A DNA stretch of 64,000 nt, taken from Basidiobolus meristosporus CBS 931.73 (taxonomy: Eukaryota; Fungi; Basidiobolomycota). Shown one piece after another: positions 26,641 through 38,623 of the stretch (positions are counted from its first letter, which is position 1; every line of letters begins with the position of its first letter). Under the pieces are notes generated by a model that ran no database searches, was not told the origin of the DNA, and was given only the letters and a program-made list of their open reading frames with translations. The position numbers and the translations under genes are program-made. The stretch is from contig MCFE01000379.1 in NCBI GenBank assembly GCA_002104905.1, forward strand, positions 20,254-84,253, in the 5' to 3' direction.

Positions 26641-28080
26641 TACCTATTCTTGTAATCATTATCAATAAATCCAAAAACCTCATTACAAGTACAATTATGG
26701 GAGATCTTTGATTTGTTGATAAACCAGGTTGAAGTAAAGCCTCACTAGTTTGAGGGGAACCGTTATAAAGTAAGAATAAGCATACTTTTGGGAAGGGCTT
26801 GGACCATTTGGATGTGTTTCAAGATTTGGGCACTTCTGGTATCTCCACAGTTTGAAGCAATTGGTGGGCAGATCAAACAGCTTTAATGTCATATAAAAGA
26901 AAGTATAGGATCAAAGTTGGCAAATATCTGTGCTGGACTAATTATTAGCAGCAGTTGATACTATAAGCAACACGCTCCTTTTGCTGAATTCCTCGCGGTG
27001 AGGGGGACACCAGCACCAGCAACGACCAATTTATGGCCGTATTCCAACCTTCAGGGATCACTGGTGGCTATTGTAAAGTAATCATCGAAATTCAATTCGT
27101 TTTGCAAACAATCAGCTTGGAAATTATACAGTAGGCGATAAACGGATCATTTGCAACCCAAGTCACCACCAATACTCCCCCCAAACTCTTGCGATCAACA
27201 GTGCCAACAAAACAGAGGGATTTTTGATATCCCTTGCTGCCACTGGATGTGACTTGATGTCGGAAATTCCAATTCAAGGTGCGCTGATCAAGTGATGGTA
27301 GATTTATTCATGGTTGGGTGGGACTTGGAGGGGATTGAGCTTGGTACATATACCACCATGGATTTTCACTGGGCATCCACCAGTCTGCTTATGATCCCTT
27401 TGAATGGTTCTCCACGGATCTTAACCATTCTCGCAAACTTGGGTCAAACAAGTAGCTTGGCGGATTCGGGGGCCACTGGTGAGCAACCTCTGTGCAGTAT
27501 CTTCCTAGCGCTACTCAAATATGTATGATTTATCTAGAAGGATGGCGCCATCGTCTTGGCTACGGGCATGACTTCCCTCCGGATCATTCTGCCAACACTG
27601 CGCATATCTTGGTGTGGGACCGATAGCCAGATAGAACAAACATCGGACTATCTGGTGCCACTGGTCCTCCTAACCTGGCAATCCCCGAACGAAAAAGGCT
27701 GCATTGGACAAAGCGACTGGGATCTGGTTGTTGGTTATCACTCGCCCTAGCCCTAACCCACTGGCTATCACTCCACATGATTGGAAAGGAATCATCGGGG
27801 TTGCTCAACGCTTTCCCGAATCGCCATCTCTATTGGTGGTTGAGGTCATGAATCCATATGATTCACCATGTATCATGATTCCAAGAGCCAAGTGCTCCAA
27901 ACCAATCACATGGGAAGGTGATAATCGAGCAGTATACTACGGGCCAATGAGAACCCCCAGCCGGAGCACTCTAGGGCGTAACCCCGAAACTTTTCGTTCG
28001 ATTCGAGAGTATACCACGATATAACATGCGTACTCGGTAGGTTGCGCTTCAGTAACCCCCCGCCTGACCCCGACAACACC

Positions 28081-29064
28081 ATGGAACTTATCCCCGAGCT
28101 GACCGACCGTTTGCTGTTCGCCATACCCAAAAAGGGTCGTCTTCACGAGAAATGCCTTCAGCTGCTGAAAGGGGCTGACATCCAATTCCACAAAAAAGCC
28201 CGCCTCGACGTGGCGATCGTACGCAACTTACCCATCGCCTTAGTGTTCCTGCCCGCCGCCGATATCGCCACTTTCGTCGGCCAGGGTAACGTCGACCTGG
28301 GCATCACAGGGGAGGACATTATCGCCGAATCGGACGTTCACGGCCAGGTGGAGAAGGTCATGGATCTTGGGTTCGGAAAGTGCCGTCTCTGCATCCAGGT
28401 CCCCGTCAAGGGGGAGATCAAGAAGGTGGAGGATCTGGTGGGCAAAAGAATCGTCACCAGTTTCGAGGGCGTCTCCCGCAGATATTTCGATGGGATCGAC
28501 GCGACCGTTCTCTCCGAGGAGGAGATCAAGGCCAATAAGGGGACCAAGATCACATGCATTAGCGGCAGTGTGGAAGCGGCTTGCACCCTTGGTTTGGCCG
28601 ACGGGATTGTGGATTTGGTTGGTAAGTGGGCTTGATTCGGTGACTTGCACTCGACGACCTCGGCGTGACTAACATAATTCCATTTTCCAGAATCGGGAGA
28701 AACCATGCATGCCGCTGGCCTCCATGATATCGCCACCATTCTCACCACCGAGGCGGTTCTGATCTCCAGAAAGTCCTCCAAGCATGTGGAGCTGATCTCC
28801 AAATTGAAGTCTCGTATCGAGGGAGTCATCGCCGCCACCAAGTACGTTTACATCAACTACAACGTTGATCGCAACAAGCTGAAGGAAGCCACCAAGATCA
28901 CCCCCGGTCGTAAGGCCCCTACAGTCAGCCCCTTGGAGAATGATGGCTGGGTCGCTGTAAGCTCCATGGTGTTGAAGGCGGATGTCGCCGATATCATGGA
29001 CGAGCTCAAGCACATTGGTGCCACTGACATCATGGTGTTTAACATCAATAACTGCCGTGTTTAA
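28081..29064 (+). CDS. HIS1: ATP phosphoribosyltransferase, 2 exons (intron 28622-28690)
   Basis: LLFAIPKKGRL, DLGITGED, GSVEAAC..GLADGIVDLV|ESGETM and C-terminal KAPTVSPL. Confidence 0.97.
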
Positions 29065-29623
29065 TGTAGTTCAGATCCAAACTAATGTTTATACCCCCAC
29101 CACCCTCACTGCCCTCACCACCCACTCATCTGCTGTGCCCATAGAATAAATCACCATCGCTATGACGTCGTTGGCTTGCTGATCATTACAAACTGTCCAT
29201 TAGTGCACCACAATAGAGATCCACCCGCAATCAAGGTCTGAGCGATTCTAGGCCTCAATGGGCAATATACCAGGAATCACTGCACCGAATGATCGATTCG
29301 GGAGCCAATCATCGCTGCAATCGCAGTGTTTAGCCTCTCGACGGAGTCAATGTTCTAGCCCTGAGAGGACCAATAACAAATATCGCCACCTTCCGTGGGC
29401 TCACATAGCGAAGTGGCATTTTGGACGATCGATTGAAGTGACAGCAGTGGGGCCAATCATCAAGATTTAATATAGGTTTCGTTCTCGAATTTCGATGCAA
29501 GCCCCGAAATCTATAGCGCAGATTAACTCAATTATACTAATACCCATTCCGGCTAATGCTTGGTATTTGCTCATATATATACCGGTGGACCATCCACTCT
29601 TCCCCTCTTCCGTCACAGTAATC

Positions 29624-30197
29624 ATGCAGTCGAACAACAAGCAACACAAAGTCGTGGTCCTCGGGGATGGTGCAGTTGGTAAGACTGCGCTCACGGTCCA
29701 ACTCTGCTCCAACCACTTCCTAGAGACATACAACCCCACCATTGAGGATTCATTTCGTACTCAGGCGGTGATCGACAAGAAACCATGCTCCTTGGAGATT
29801 TTGGATACAGCCGGCCAGCAGGAGTTTACAATGCTGCGAGATCAGTGGATTCGTGAGGGAGAGGGGTTCCTCCTTGTATACTGCATCGCAGCCAGGTCTA
29901 GCTTCGAGCACGTCGAGATGATCCGGAATGAGATAGCCAAGGTCCGGGATATCACCAAGACTCCGATCCTCCTGGTCGGTAACAAATGCGACAAGAAGAC
30001 CGAGCGAGAGGTGTCCCAGTTTGAAGGGCATCGCGCTCGCCAAGCGATTGGGATGCCAGTTCATTGAGAGCTCGGCCAAAACGGCCGTGAACGTGGAGAA
30101 GACGTTTCATCGGATCGTGCGTCTGATGCGATCCAAGCAAGAGGAGCCCCATGGTCGGAAAGTCAACATAATGAAGACCAAATGCCACTTGATGTAA
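29624..30197 (+). pseudogene. RAS: Ras-family GTPase copy 1, +1 frameshift at about 30031 (pseudogene or assembly error)
   Basis: GDGAVGKT, YNPTIEDSF, DTAGQQE, GNKCD and ESSAK. An extra T in GGGCATCGCG versus GGGCACGCG in copy 2; the corrected C-terminus ends in CAAX CHLM. Confidence 0.85.
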
Positions 30198-30563
30198 ATT
30201 CAATGTAGAGTACCTCACACGTAGACACACAATATGTACATACCAGCACCAACCATATATCATCGATAAATAAATTCCCCATAGAAACCGATAGAAAATG
30301 ATTTATAGTCTATCTTCTTCCATTTTTCGCTAGAAGCAGTCTGGTTCAATTCACCACTCCAGACGCCACGATATGATATAAATAGATTGCCACAAAGTGC
30401 GCAGCGGAATGTGAATTCAGTGATCGTTCGGGTGGCTTCATATGTGGTTGAACCAAAAAGTCTATATTGAATCGAAGTTAAATCCTTGATTTTATTTACA
30501 TGGACTGGAGGCGACGGATTGGATGGTATTTTACAAGTTGAGTGCTATGCTACACCAATATAC

Positions 30564-31133
30564 TTACATCAACAGGCACTTGGTCTTGGTTTTGTTGGTG
30601 CAGCCAAGTAGTTCCTCTTGCTTGGATCGCATCAGACGCACGATCCGATGAAACGTCTTCTCCACGTTCACGGCCGTTTTGGCCGAGCTCTCAATGAACT
30701 GGCATCCCAATCGCTTGGCGAGCGCGTGCCCTTCAAACTGGGACACCTCTCGCTCGGTCTCCTTGTCGCATTTGTTACCGACCAGGAGGATCGGAGTCTT
30801 GGTGATATCCCGGACCTTGGCTATCTCATTCCGGATCATCTCGACGTGCTCGAAGCTAGACCTGGCTGCAATGCAGTATACAAGGAGGAACCCCTCTCCC
30901 TCACGAATCCACTGATCCCGTAGTGTCACAAACTCCTGATGTCCGGCTGTGTCCAATATTTCGAGGGTGCATGGTTTCTTGTCGATGACCGCCCGAGTCT
31001 GGGAGCAATCCTCAATGGTGGGGTTGTATGTCTCTAGGAAGTGATTGGAACAGAGTTGGACCGTTAACGCTGTCTTGCCAACCCGTCCATCGCCGAGTAA
31101 AACAACTTTATGATGGTTGAGCTTCGCCTTCAT
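30564..31133 (-). CDS. RAS: Ras-family GTPase copy 2, intronless, with atypical P-loop and switch II residues
   Basis: GDGRVGKT, YNPTIEDCS, DTAGHQE, GNKCD, ESSAK and CAAX CLLM. Confidence 0.92.
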   Translation of the reverse strand: MKAKLNHHKVVLLGDGRVGKTALTVQLCSNHFLETYNPTIEDCSQTRAVIDKKPCTLEILDTAGHQEFVTLRDQWIREGEGFLLVYCIAARSSFEHVEMIRNEIAKVRDITKTPILLVGNKCDKETEREVSQFEGHALAKRLGCQFIESSAKTAVNVEKTFHRIVRLMRSKQEELLGCTNKTKTKCLLM

Positions 31134-31429
31134 AGGTAACCAGCAAGTTCGCACCGCCCTTCTTATACAGCAAAATGAAACGCCACCAAGATGATTGGCG
31201 AGGCGAACAAGGCAGCTTTAAAGGCTAATCGCCAACCGTTTTGTATGTAGAAGATTACTCAAGATTGATAAGCGAATATATTTGTACAATCTGATGGCCG
31301 GATATATCCATCCAGAAGGATCGTCAGCTTTGTAAGCAACTCAGTGGATTAGATACTATGGAAACGTGACAGAATATGCATTTCAATTGAATGTTTATTT
31401 TGATGGCAAATCGAGGTTGTCCGTTGGAT

Positions 31430-31986
31430 TTAGGCAGTAAGAACAACGGCACCACCAGTTTGCTTAATCTTCTCTTCGGCACGACGAGAAACATAACGAG
31501 CCTTAACGATGACGGGTTGCTCGGGGAGACGTCCCTTACCGAGAACCTTTCCGTAACCGGCACGAAGAGTGTCAATGACTGGAACAACTTCCTTGTTGGC
31601 GGCATACTTGACACGGGTTTGCTCAGAGACCAAGGTCCACAATTTGTCAAGGTTGACAACAGGGCGATAGTATTGGTTACGAGTCAAATGGAAGTGACGC
31701 ATACCAACCTTACCGAAGTAACCAGGATGGTACTTATCCATGTTGATACGGTGGTGATGTTGACCACCAGCCAAACCGCGACCTCCCGGATGTTTTCTGT
31801 GCTTACCAACACGACCGTGACCGGCGGAGACGTGTCCGCGCTTCTTTCTGTTATGATGGAGTCTGGTAGGCTAGTAGAAGGGAAAAGTAGGGTCAATAAA
31901 TAGTCCGCAACAGAGAAGATCGTCAACTGCATCCATCGCATGCATATCTCCATCCATTTCATTCACTGATAATGATCACGTACCAT
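31430..31986 (-). CDS. RPL28: 60S ribosomal protein uL15 (yeast L28 / mammalian L27a); ATG-only first exon, intron 31871-31983
   Basis: M|[41 protein letters not shown]...GYGKVLGKG. Confidence 0.97.
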
Positions 31987-32414
31987 GGTTTAAGGCCAAG
32001 CGGGAATATGAGAGAGGAAGAAACGCCTGGTTGGGCATTCGCTCCTATATGGTTGATTACTACGAAAAAAAACTTTCCATTCGAGGATTTTTTTCTGATC
32101 TTTTGACTGGATGGATGGTGGTTTAGTTCCCGTGATCCGCTAGTTATCAGAATTCCCGGCCAGTTTAATCAGAAATGTATGCTTGCTTGGCTTCTTGTTT
32201 AGCCAGTCGGAGGTTGTTTTTGTTTTGAATGTGGCTGATGGTCGTTGATTGGGCCATAGGTCATGGTGTTTACACATTGAGCCAAATCATAAATAAACAA
32301 CTCCCGGTCACTAATACTAGTTTAATCGTCTGTTTGGTTTGCACTTACACCACCTAGAGTGAACTTGTACCGGTTTCGTTTTCTTACTTTCGACCCATAC
32401 ACGAAGCACAGCCC

Positions 32415-35400
32415 ATGAGCAAATTCAACATCCAGGACGAGCTGGAGAAGCTTCAGGACAACAGCGTCAAAATCGACAATGAGGTGGATGTCGCCAACTT
32501 GAATCCCGCTGCCGTGGAGACGTTTTTGAACGGTAGGGTCCCCACTTTTACGCTTCCTTTTGAAATGTCCATCTAACCTTTGGGATGAGCAGATGCTGTA
32601 GATAAAATCGAAGATAACTGCGAGTCTATCACCGACATGGAGGTGTTCGACTGCTTTCGCAGTTTCATCAAGTAAGGATCCATGGAAGCCATCTGTATTC
32701 ATGCACCAGTACTGATCTTCCACCAAATCAAATAGGTATTTCGACTTGCTAAAGCCACAACAGAGCAACAAGCTCTTGGACATCATACTGTCTGGATTCC
32801 AGACCCAAATCGATCAAACAGAGGAGGCAGCCTCGAGCAATAGTCCACCATACGACCAGCAAATCCAAGCGTTGATGATGTATGGATTTCTTCTTCATTG
32901 GCTCACGAGAGTGGCCGAAAAGAGGGCTATGGCCAAGAGCACCGCTGACAAGAATGCCGCTAAAGCCAAGAAGCCTCGCAGTAAGCGTGACGAAGAGCAA
33001 GAATCGTGGGACTGGATGCAGCATAAGCAAAAATCATTGGAATTGATGTCCAGAATGCTCGACATCAAACTGAACAAAATCTGCAGCTCCTCCCATGAGC
33101 GCGACACATGCGTCAATCTACTCACTCGCTCCGCCTATCAAATTCTCGAGAATCCAGATAACACGAAGGCCACACCAATCAAGCTCCAGGCGTACCACAT
33201 CATCAACAAGAGCGTTGTCGACTATGAACACTCATTTGCTGCGCAAACCACGATCTTGCAGAACCTCCAATACTATGAGCACTTAAGTGAGCCGATGGCT
33301 GAACTTCTACATTCGCTGGCCGAACAGTTTGAGTATCCACAACTCGCCGAAACCATCCTCCGTGAGGTCAGCAACAAGAATTTCCACACGAATGACAAGA
33401 ACGGGCCCAAGTCGTTCGCACGCTTCCTGGTTAAGCTCTCCGAACTCTCGCCGAAACTGATACTCAAGCAGATGGGGCTGTTGGTTCGTCAGCTGGACAG
33501 CGAATCTTATGTGCTCCGCTGCGCGTTGATCGAGATTGTAGGCCATACCATTCTGCACTTGGCCACGCTGGAACAGAACGACATTCAACACAAGCAGATC
33601 GATCACTACTTTGACGTCTTGGAGGAAAGATTTAGAGACCTGAATTCCATCTGTCGATCCAAGGTCTTGCAGGTACTGTCTCTACTTTGCGACAGCAAGG
33701 CCAAGTTCCCCAAGAGAAGACCTCGCCTGGTCGCCCTGGTTATCAGCCGGCTAGAGGACAAAAGCAGCAACGTCCGGAAAAATGCCATCAGGACACTTTC
33801 CAGGTTTTTGGAGACGCATCCCTTCCTGATTGAAGGGGGTGAGCTGTTCCTGGACACTTTCCAGAACAGACTGAACCAAATCGATCAGGAATTGAAGGAG
33901 ATTGTTATCCCCTCCCTGGGCAAACCCAATTCCAAGAAGAAGTCTAGAAAGCTATCTCACAAATCCACCGACGAAAGCCGTGACGATGATTCTTCCGAGC
34001 AGAGCAATGACGAGGAGGAGGAAGAAGAGGATCAAGCCGAGGGCGAACAAGACGGCTCCGATGAGCCTGCCCCTAACCCACTCATGAACCCAGAAACCGC
34101 CACCAAGGTGATTCAACTTCAGTTCCACAAACGCTACTACACAGACGCTGTTCAATTCGTCGAGAGCATCCATGAGGCGATTCCTGTACTCTGCCAGCTA
34201 CTCGGATCCACCACCAAGGCTGAGGTGATCGAAGCCATGGATTTCTTTGTTACCGCCACTAGATACAAGATCCAAATGGCCCAAGAGGGAATTCGTAAGA
34301 TGCTTCACTTGGTCTGGGTCAAGGATAACGGCAATGACGAAACCAAGGGGGTTCGAAGCCGCCTAATCGATTCCTTCCGTGCGCTGTATCTGACCAGCGA
34401 CCCAAGCCTTACTCCCAAGGAGAACGTCAATCTTTTCTCCAAAAATCTAATCGGTTTGACCCTGGACTCTTCTCTGGCAGAGCTGACCTCCTTGGAGGAG
34501 ATTCTGAGCATCATCATGGCCGAGGGATATATTCCTGAAGAGCTGGTGTCTAAATTATGGGGCGTGTACGGCATCACGAAGAAGGAAATCCAAAGATCCA
34601 ACGTCGCGGCGCCATCATCATTTTGGGAATGCTAGCCAAGGCCAAGAAAGAGATCATCTCGGAGAGAATCGATCTTCTACTTAAGATTGGTATGGGCGAT
34701 TTGGGCAGGGATGACTTGGGCTTGGCAAAATACACCTGCCTGGCGCTGCAGAGACTAGGTGAGGTGAAGAGAGGCAAGGGTCTGGTCAACACTGGCAACA
34801 TTCGTCTTCCTTTGTCGCATCCGATCTTCAAGAAGATTGAGGAGTTCATTGAGCAAGACTCCGACTCCAGTGAGTGGTCTACCGTTGCGGAGCAAGCCGT
34901 CAACACCGTCTATCTACTCTGCGACCACCCCGATGTTTTGTGTGGAAACATCATCAAAGCTAAAGCACGCCAAGTGTTTGCTAAAAGCCCAGCAGCCGAA
35001 GCGGAGTCCGAATCAGAAACGAATGACGACTCCAAGCACAACGCCCAAACCACCTCATTGCTCTCGCAACTGCTCTTCATTGTAGGCCACGTTGCCATGA
35101 AGCAGATCGTTCATCTAGAGGTCATCGAGAGCGCCTGGAAAAAGAGAAAGGCCGAGGCCAAGCAGTCGGCCAGCAAGAAGCCAGATGATGATGAGTTGGA
35201 TCAGGTGGTTGGATCGACCGAAGATGATGTTGCCGACGTGATCAGCCATGTTCGTGAACGGGAATTGCTTTTCGGAGCCAAATCGTTGTTGGCAACATTC
35301 GGGCCCATGGTCGTACACATCTGCGCAAACAACACCACCTACCCCGACCGCTTGCTTCAAATCAATGCAGCATTGGCACTGGCGAAGTTCATGTGCGTCA

Positions 35401-36308
35401 GCAGTGACTTTTGTGAGAAACACCTTCAGCTGCTCTTCACCATGCTGGAGAAATCTGACGACCCAATTGTTCGAAGCAACATTGTGATCGCACTTGGCGA
35501 TGTGGCGGTCTGCTTCAATACCCTGGTTGGCGAGAACATCGCATTCCTTTACAAACGCCTCCGGGATCCAGACAGTTCTGTGAAGAAGAACACGTTAATG
35601 GTGCTTACGCATCTAATCCTCAACGGAATGATCAAGGTGAAAGGACAGCTGGGCGAGATGGCCAAATGCTTGGAAAACCCCGATCAGAGAATCAGCGATC
35701 TCGCTCGCTTGTTCTTCACTGAACTGGCTTCTAAGGATAACGCCGTCTACAATAACCTCCCCGACATGATCAGTAGCTTATCATCGGGCAACAACGCCGT
35801 CGATGAGGAATCGTTCAAGCGGATCATGAAGTTCTTGTTTGAGTTCATCAAGGACAAAGAAAGGCAAACCGAGAACATCGTGGAGAAACTGTGCCTCCGT
35901 TTCCGCAACACTGATGATCAGCGTCAGTGGAAGGATATCTCGTATTGCCTTTCGTTGGTCCAGTACCGATCGGACAGAACTTTCAAGAAACTGCTCGACG
36001 GTATGGTGTACTTCCATGATAAGCTCCACAACAACACCGTCCATCACCACATGATGGAGATTGTTACCAAGGCCAGGTCTCAAGTGTGGCAACGAGACAA
36101 ATCGATGGTGGATGAATTCGAGAGTAAGATCGCGGAAATCAGAAAGTTCGCCGAGAAGCCAAGCGATGAGCTGGACGACGAAGATATTGCCGCCATCATC
36201 GGCGAACCAACGGAGGAGGAGCAAGAGAGCGAGGCCGAGGAATCCGACGAAGAATCTGGCGAGACCAAACAGGAATTGGAGACCAGTGAGATCCTCGCCT
36301 CAGCCTAG
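32415..36308 (+). CDS. YCS4: Condensin I non-SMC HEAT subunit (Cnd1/YCS4/NCAPD2); apparent 1-bp deletion at about 34590
   Basis: HEAT-repeat motifs RLEDKSSNVRKNAI, RSNIVIALGD, LTHLILNGMIKVKGQL and LFFTELASKDNAVYN. Two short 5' exons; the ORFs 32746-34635 and 34557-36308 join if CC at 34590 is read CCC (EIPKIQRRGAIIIL). Confidence 0.92.
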
Positions 36309-36623
36309 ATTTGTTAATGAAACCATACTTTTTGTTTTCCTTTGTATGTTGCCCTCCAATCTGTATATATTCCGTTGGCTTGTTTACTAAACTAGATACA
36401 TTCATTGTTTACTTCCCTGCCTAAATTATTATCAAGCGAGATGAGTTTTGTTTACTTCCTGCCTACATAGCAAGTTGTTTGCTCGTTATAGAAAGCGAAG
36501 GATGTGGCGAGGTGAATATGTAGATACAGCGAAGGGTTTATTGAAAAATAGAATTGTTATGGAATGATTTCTTCTATGCTTAAATATTTGAAAAGTCCGT
36601 GTAAATCATTGTTTAAGTAGTGG

Positions 36624-38089
36624 TTAAATTAAAATTCGGTCTTGATGGCATTGATCGTCAAATCCAGGCATGGGGAAAGACATGGCGAACTCCTGGACCT
36701 CCTTCTTCAACTTCTCTAATTCCTCATTGCCCTCAAGAGTGGCTACGAAATCCTTGATGAGCTTGCTACCAGCCTTCTCTTGAGCAGCAAGAGCAATTTG
36801 GACCGCACGATGAAGGAATTCAGCAACCTTAACGAAATCTTCCTCCTTGAAACTTCTGGAAGTCAAAGCAGAGGCTCCGATACGAACACCACCTGGGGTA
36901 ACTGCGGATACGTCACCATGGACTGCGTTCTTGTTGAGGGTAATGTGGCACATGTCACACAACTTCTCCAACTTGGAGCCAGTCAATTTCTGAGGTCTAA
37001 GATCCCACAAAACCAAATGATTGTCGGTTCCATTGGTGACAATCTTGTAACCGTGGCTAGCAAGTGTTTCGGCCAAAGTACTAGCATTGGCACGAACTTG
37101 CTTAGCATATTGCTTGAACTCGGGGGAGCCAGCTTGCTTGAGGGCAACAGCTACGGCAGCAATGGTGTTGTTGTGTGGTCCGCCTTGGCAAGAGGGGAAA
37201 ACAGCCTGGTTGACTCGAGATTCGATGTCGTTCTTCTTGCGGAAGAAGATGATACCGGCACGAGGACCTCTGAGAGTCTTGTGGGTGGTGGTAGTGACAA
37301 TATCACAATATTCGAAGGGGTTTCTAGCTTCTTGGGCAGCGACCAAACCAGAAATATGGGCCATATCGCACATAAGGTATGCACCGTGTTGGTCAGCGAT
37401 CTTTCTGAATCTGGCGTAGTCCCAGTCTCTAGCATAAGCAGAGGCACCACAAATCACCAGTTTGGGTCTGAAGAGAGCAGCATTTTGCTCCAGTCTATCA
37501 TAGTCGATGATGCCAGTAGCGTTGTCAACTTGATAGGGCATGGATTCGAAGTAAATCGACGAGGAAGAAATCTTCTTCTTGGAGGTTTGGTAACCGTGAG
37601 TCAAATGACCACCAGAAGGTAAATCAAGACCCATAATACGGTCGTGGGGCTGGATCAAAGCAGTGAAGGCGGCGAAGTTGGCAGTACTGCCAGAATAGGG
37701 TTGAACGTTAACTCCCCATTCCTCAGGGTTCAAGTTGAAAGCTTTAAGGGCACGTTGGCGGCAGATATTTTCAACCTGGTCAATGAATTCGTTACCACCG
37801 TAGTAGCGAGCGCCTGGAAGACCTTCCGAGTACTTGTTGGTGAGGCAAGAACCGTTGGCCTCAATCACAGCTTGGGAGGTGAAATTCTCCGAGGCAATCA
37901 ATTCTAAGCCAGAGAACTGTCTGAATTTCTCTTTTTCAATGAGGTCGAAGATTTCTCTGTCTTCTTGCTCTAACGAAGTGTTGAGACAAGTATTCTGAAA
38001 GCAAGGGAATCGGTTAAAGAAGAAAACGAATGCAGAAACAGTATCCTATTGCATACCCAGTTATCAGCAGGCTTAGTATTGTAGACCAT
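36624..38089 (-). CDS. SHM2: Serine hydroxymethyltransferase, cytosolic type; exon 1 at 38057-38089
   Basis: [42 protein letters not shown] and GGPHN; no presequence ([11 protein letters not shown]|NTCLN). Confidence 0.96.
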
Positions 38090-38623
38090 TTTAGAATCAG
38101 GCGATGGAAGAAGGATAGGTAGCGGATGGATCAGGATGGACAGGGAAGTTTTATAGCTACGAGGTTTTGACTCAGAACAAGCGCAGAATTTAAACGTAGA
38201 TGATTTACCCCATTTCTCAAAACCATCTAAATATTCGTGTACAATGAATTGTTGAACTAATCAAAAAACCCGTGTTTTCATTTTCAACAAATTATTCCAC
38301 TGCTTAGTGGTGGAATCCTGAAAGTATTCGCTCTCATCTCATCTTGTTACAGCGAAGCATGGCCAATTTTGATTGGATGTCGAGTTCTCGCGTAATGAGT
38401 CAGGGTCATCAACAAGATTATCCGCGCGTTGGTCACCTTGAGTAAGACTCTCCATAAATGGGATTTGGTGCGAGCTTCGTCTGCTATCAAAGAGATAGGA
38501 TCTACTGAATGCTGTGGTTCTGGAATAGACTGATTGCTTGGATTATCCCTGATGTTTGTCCATTTTCTATTCTGGTTTTAAGCAAGTGGATACTTGTGTT
38601 CATTCTATGTAGTGGTTTAACAT

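Noticed and set aside
26900-27950. Short ORFs upstream of HIS1, and GCCCTAGCCCTAACCC at about 27744
   Set aside because: No recognisable protein; the telomere-like motif is isolated and lacks the hairpin module.
36780-37622. 280-aa ORF antisense to SHMT; similar antisense ORFs over the aquaporin (21581-22261), RPL28 (31391-31903), HIS1 and YCS4
   Set aside because: Shadow ORFs produced by the codon bias of real genes on the opposite strand; no recognisable motifs.
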